Source: Folioceros fuciformis
Lineage: Eukaryota
Length of the DNA: 44,544 nucleotides
Direction: 5' to 3'
Assembly: GCA_049999805.1 (NCBI GenBank)
Contig: JBNGIO010006232.1
Location: forward strand, 75,048 to 119,591
In this document: one piece after another, positions 42,017 to 44,544 of the stretch
Position numbering within the stretch: position 1 is the first letter of the stretch
Layout of the letters: the number at the start of each line of letters is the position of its first letter
Translations under genes and position numbers: made by a program
Notes under the pieces: generated by a model
What the model saw: only the letters and a program-made list of their open reading frames with translations
The model's database searches: none
Told to the model about the DNA's origin: nothing

Positions 42017-42390
42017 AGCTATGGCGGGGTCATAGGGGCCCACGGCCGTAGAGGCCTGTGGTTGTAGGGGCGGAGGCTGCAAGGCCCTACAGGCCCCTGA
42101 GGCTCATGGGCTCCTGACAGCCCTCTTTGGGGCTCGGCTCCTTGTGGGGCCAGTCCGGGCCTGGCAGCCAGGCAAGGTTTGGCAAACCCTGGGGGTTTGT
42201 CACTCTCCAGTTTGCGGCCCTTCGGTCTGGGGGGAGTTGGGTTTGGTGGATCTTTTGTCCTCTTTGTTATTTTCTTTATATTATGATTTCTTCTGGGATT
42301 CAAAATTTCTAATTGGCCTGGAGATTTTCAGAGAGCTTTAGTTCCATAGTATTTTCACGTTTCAGTATTCAGGGCTAGAAGTTTGAAATT

Positions 42391-43890
42391 ATGCAAGCAA
42401 GTTGGATTTGGCAGGGTGTTTACTATTGGTCTCTCTACAATATTCTATTTTGTTCACTTATTGCACCTCATTCCTCCACGCCAGCCAAGGATACCCCATA
42501 TCCCGTATGCAACAGTTTGTTCAAAGGGATGATGGGGGTCAGGTCTCACTTGGTTAAAGCACACAAGGACTTTGATCGAACTCTATGGGAGCTACAGGTT
42601 AGGGGCGCCTCTTCCATTGCTGCTACTCCTTCAACTTCTCCTCCGAGTGGACCCCTTGCTCCCTCACAGGAATCTTGGTTGTGGCTGCAAGCGTAAGCTC
42701 CTCATCTTTTGGCCCTTTATGAGAACCGTCTTTCGGGGCCACAATTGTTTCGACGTCTTCCTAGGTGTTTGCATGACAATGTTCGTCTCGGATACAAGCT
42801 ATCATTGGAGTGCCTTGCTTCGGACCCTCGAGACGAGTCAGTATGGACATTCTTCCTCTTTCTTCCCAAGTGGTGCCTTCGTTGTTCCAGGGGCGGCCTT
42901 TCGGGTCACAGGGAAGTGGCCTCCCGCCTTCGTTGGTTCCGGGCGGGGGATTGGGAGGCTTTACAGGTGGAGGCCAGCTGCGTTGTGAGATCAAGGTTGG
43001 AGGTCGCCAAGTTGGACCAGGTCCATCATTATCCCGCAAAGGCGCGTCTCAAGAGGTGTCTCTTACTTGATCGATCAGAGGAATTTGCTAGAGCCGCCAG
43101 GACCCTTCGGCCGGAGCTGGTGGTGTGCCCTCGGAGGAGACAATCGCCGCCCTCCTTGCTTTGCATCCATGTCTAGGTGATCCCATTCCTTAGGAGGTTC
43201 TGCAATTTATGCCCAAGGAGCCTTTTTGCCTTGATCGGGTTGTATTCGGTCAAGCTCTCATCACCGCACCAAGACTTTCTTCTCGTGGCCTATCCGGGAC
43301 GGTCTATGACCACCTCCGGGACTACTTTGCTCCAGAGGACCCTTCTAGTGGCTTCTCTGAGCTTTTTCCTTTGGCAACTGCTGTGGCGTAGGGTGAGAGT
43401 CCTCCTCAAATTGCTCTGGTTTTGGGCACAAGCAAGTTGTTTGCTTTGGAGAAACCCACCCGGAGAGTGCACCCCATCGCGGTGGGCAAGGCGTTCTTGC
43501 AGCTCATTCGCCGCAGCATTGCTTTCCAGCTCAGAGAGCAACTTCAGGCCCATTTCAGCCCCCACCAATTTAGGATTGCTATCTCCCGGGGCTGCGAGGT
43601 GGTGGCCTTTAGGGTTAGAGCGGTCTTGGACCTACATCCAGATTGGGTTGCCTTGCAGGTTGATATAGAGAATGTCTTCAACACCGTCTCTAAGGTAGCT
43701 ATTTTCAATGAGTTGAAGGTTGTTGGCAGTCATTTGGAGTCTCTTATCCCCTTTGTGCGCTCCGTCTAATCTTTACTCTCAATACGGGCCCACAGTGAAG
43801 AAGGTCTCAGTGCTCGACTAGGCAACAAATACACGCCAGGGGGATACCCTAGGAGGGGCTCTCTTTGCTATGGCTCGCTTTAGAGCCCTT
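42391..43890 (+). mobile_element. Decayed CRE-like non-LTR retrotransposon (degenerate C2H2 zinc finger + RT fragment), interrupted at the 3' end
   Basis: Zinc-finger-like PVCNSLFKGMMGVRSHLVKAH. RT motifs LFALEKP..VHPIAVG, HQF.....GCE, LQVDIENVFNTVSK, TRQGDTLGGALF. Multiple stops and frameshifts. 5' boundary uncertain. Confidence 0.75.
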
Positions 43891-44544
43891 TGTAAGATAG
43901 CGTGAGCGAGAATTGGAATAATAATAATAATAATAATGCATAATGGCAATACAAAAATGTTTAAATACTTTCTACATGTCCTTTCACTAGACAACCCCTA
44001 ATTATATATAAACTATATATATNNNNNNNNNNGTCGATAAAGGCGATCAACCTCTCGATTCCTGTTTAAGGGATGCGTTGGTGATGCGCCGGGCCTACTG
44101 TTAAGTGCAGCAAATCGTTGCAGCCAAAGGGCAAGGTAGTCGTATTCGTGGAGGTCCAGCGCCGAGTCAAGATCAACTTGTAGTGGCGCTATACGTCTTG
44201 GTGGGTTGGTATCTTGTCGTCGACGTTGTCTAGGAAACCCACCACGATGAACCTCTATGCGAGCCACCCTGCCTCGGCATCTTCCAGGAATTGTGTTAGG
44301 AGACAGAGCATGGCTCTGAGACCATATGTAAGATGAGCGTGAGCAAGAATTGGAATAATAATAATAATAATCCATAATGGCAATACAAAAATGTTTAAAT
44401 ACTTTCTAGATGTCCTTTCACTAGACAACCCCTAATTATATATAAACTATATATATATCCCTAACCGTGGGTTAAGTTTAACCATTCTGCGCTAACATCA
44501 CAGGACTTCCTTTCTCGGGTGTACTGATCCCAGATCTTCAGCTC
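43891..44544 (-). mobile_element. LTR retrotransposon (minus strand): partial 3' LTR 43891-44022, assembly gap, internal remnant, PBS 44311-44324, 5' LTR from 44327 running off the window
   Basis: About 130-bp near-identical direct repeats, both starting TGTAAGA on + (ending ...TCTTACA on -). The minus strand has TGGTCTCAGAGCCA 2 nt after the LTR end, a 13/14 match to the tRNA-iMet PBS TGGTATCAGAGCCA. Confidence 0.8.
44023..44032. other. Assembly gap (10 N)
   Basis: Run of N. Confidence 1.

Overview
Gene-dense eukaryotic nuclear DNA from a land plant, with short GT-AG introns (about 75-145 nt). The source is most likely a hornwort such as Anthoceros; this is inferred from the compact gene structure and a PPR protein ending in a DYW:KP 'GRP' domain. 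In order, the window contains: a PI4-kinase gamma; a strongly divergent HCF136/Ycf48-like gene; tubulin cofactor A; an intronless hybrid histidine kinase; a TolB/PD40-repeat protein; a 14-exon BRCA1-like gene; a PLS-PPR-E-DYW:KP(GRP) putative U-to-C editing factor with an N-terminal OSB-type PDF motif; a 9-exon plastid heme-oxygenase-like gene lacking the heme-ligand His (not visible as one ORF); a LysM+TM protein; an SD2-type G-lectin receptor kinase pseudogene; a decayed tRNA-Ser; PIG-W/GWT1; PPD7; a P-class PPR (At3g29290-like); and a class III peroxidase. The window ends in a repeat zone: a 23-bp minisatellite, a decayed CRE-like non-LTR retrotransposon, and an LTR element nested in it across an assembly gap. 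The most interesting signals are the PDF-PPR-DYW:KP fusion, the pseudo-heme oxygenase and the Ycf48 paralog that has lost its Arg patch. Exon structures were derived by hand from splice signals and recalled family motifs; no database searches were run.
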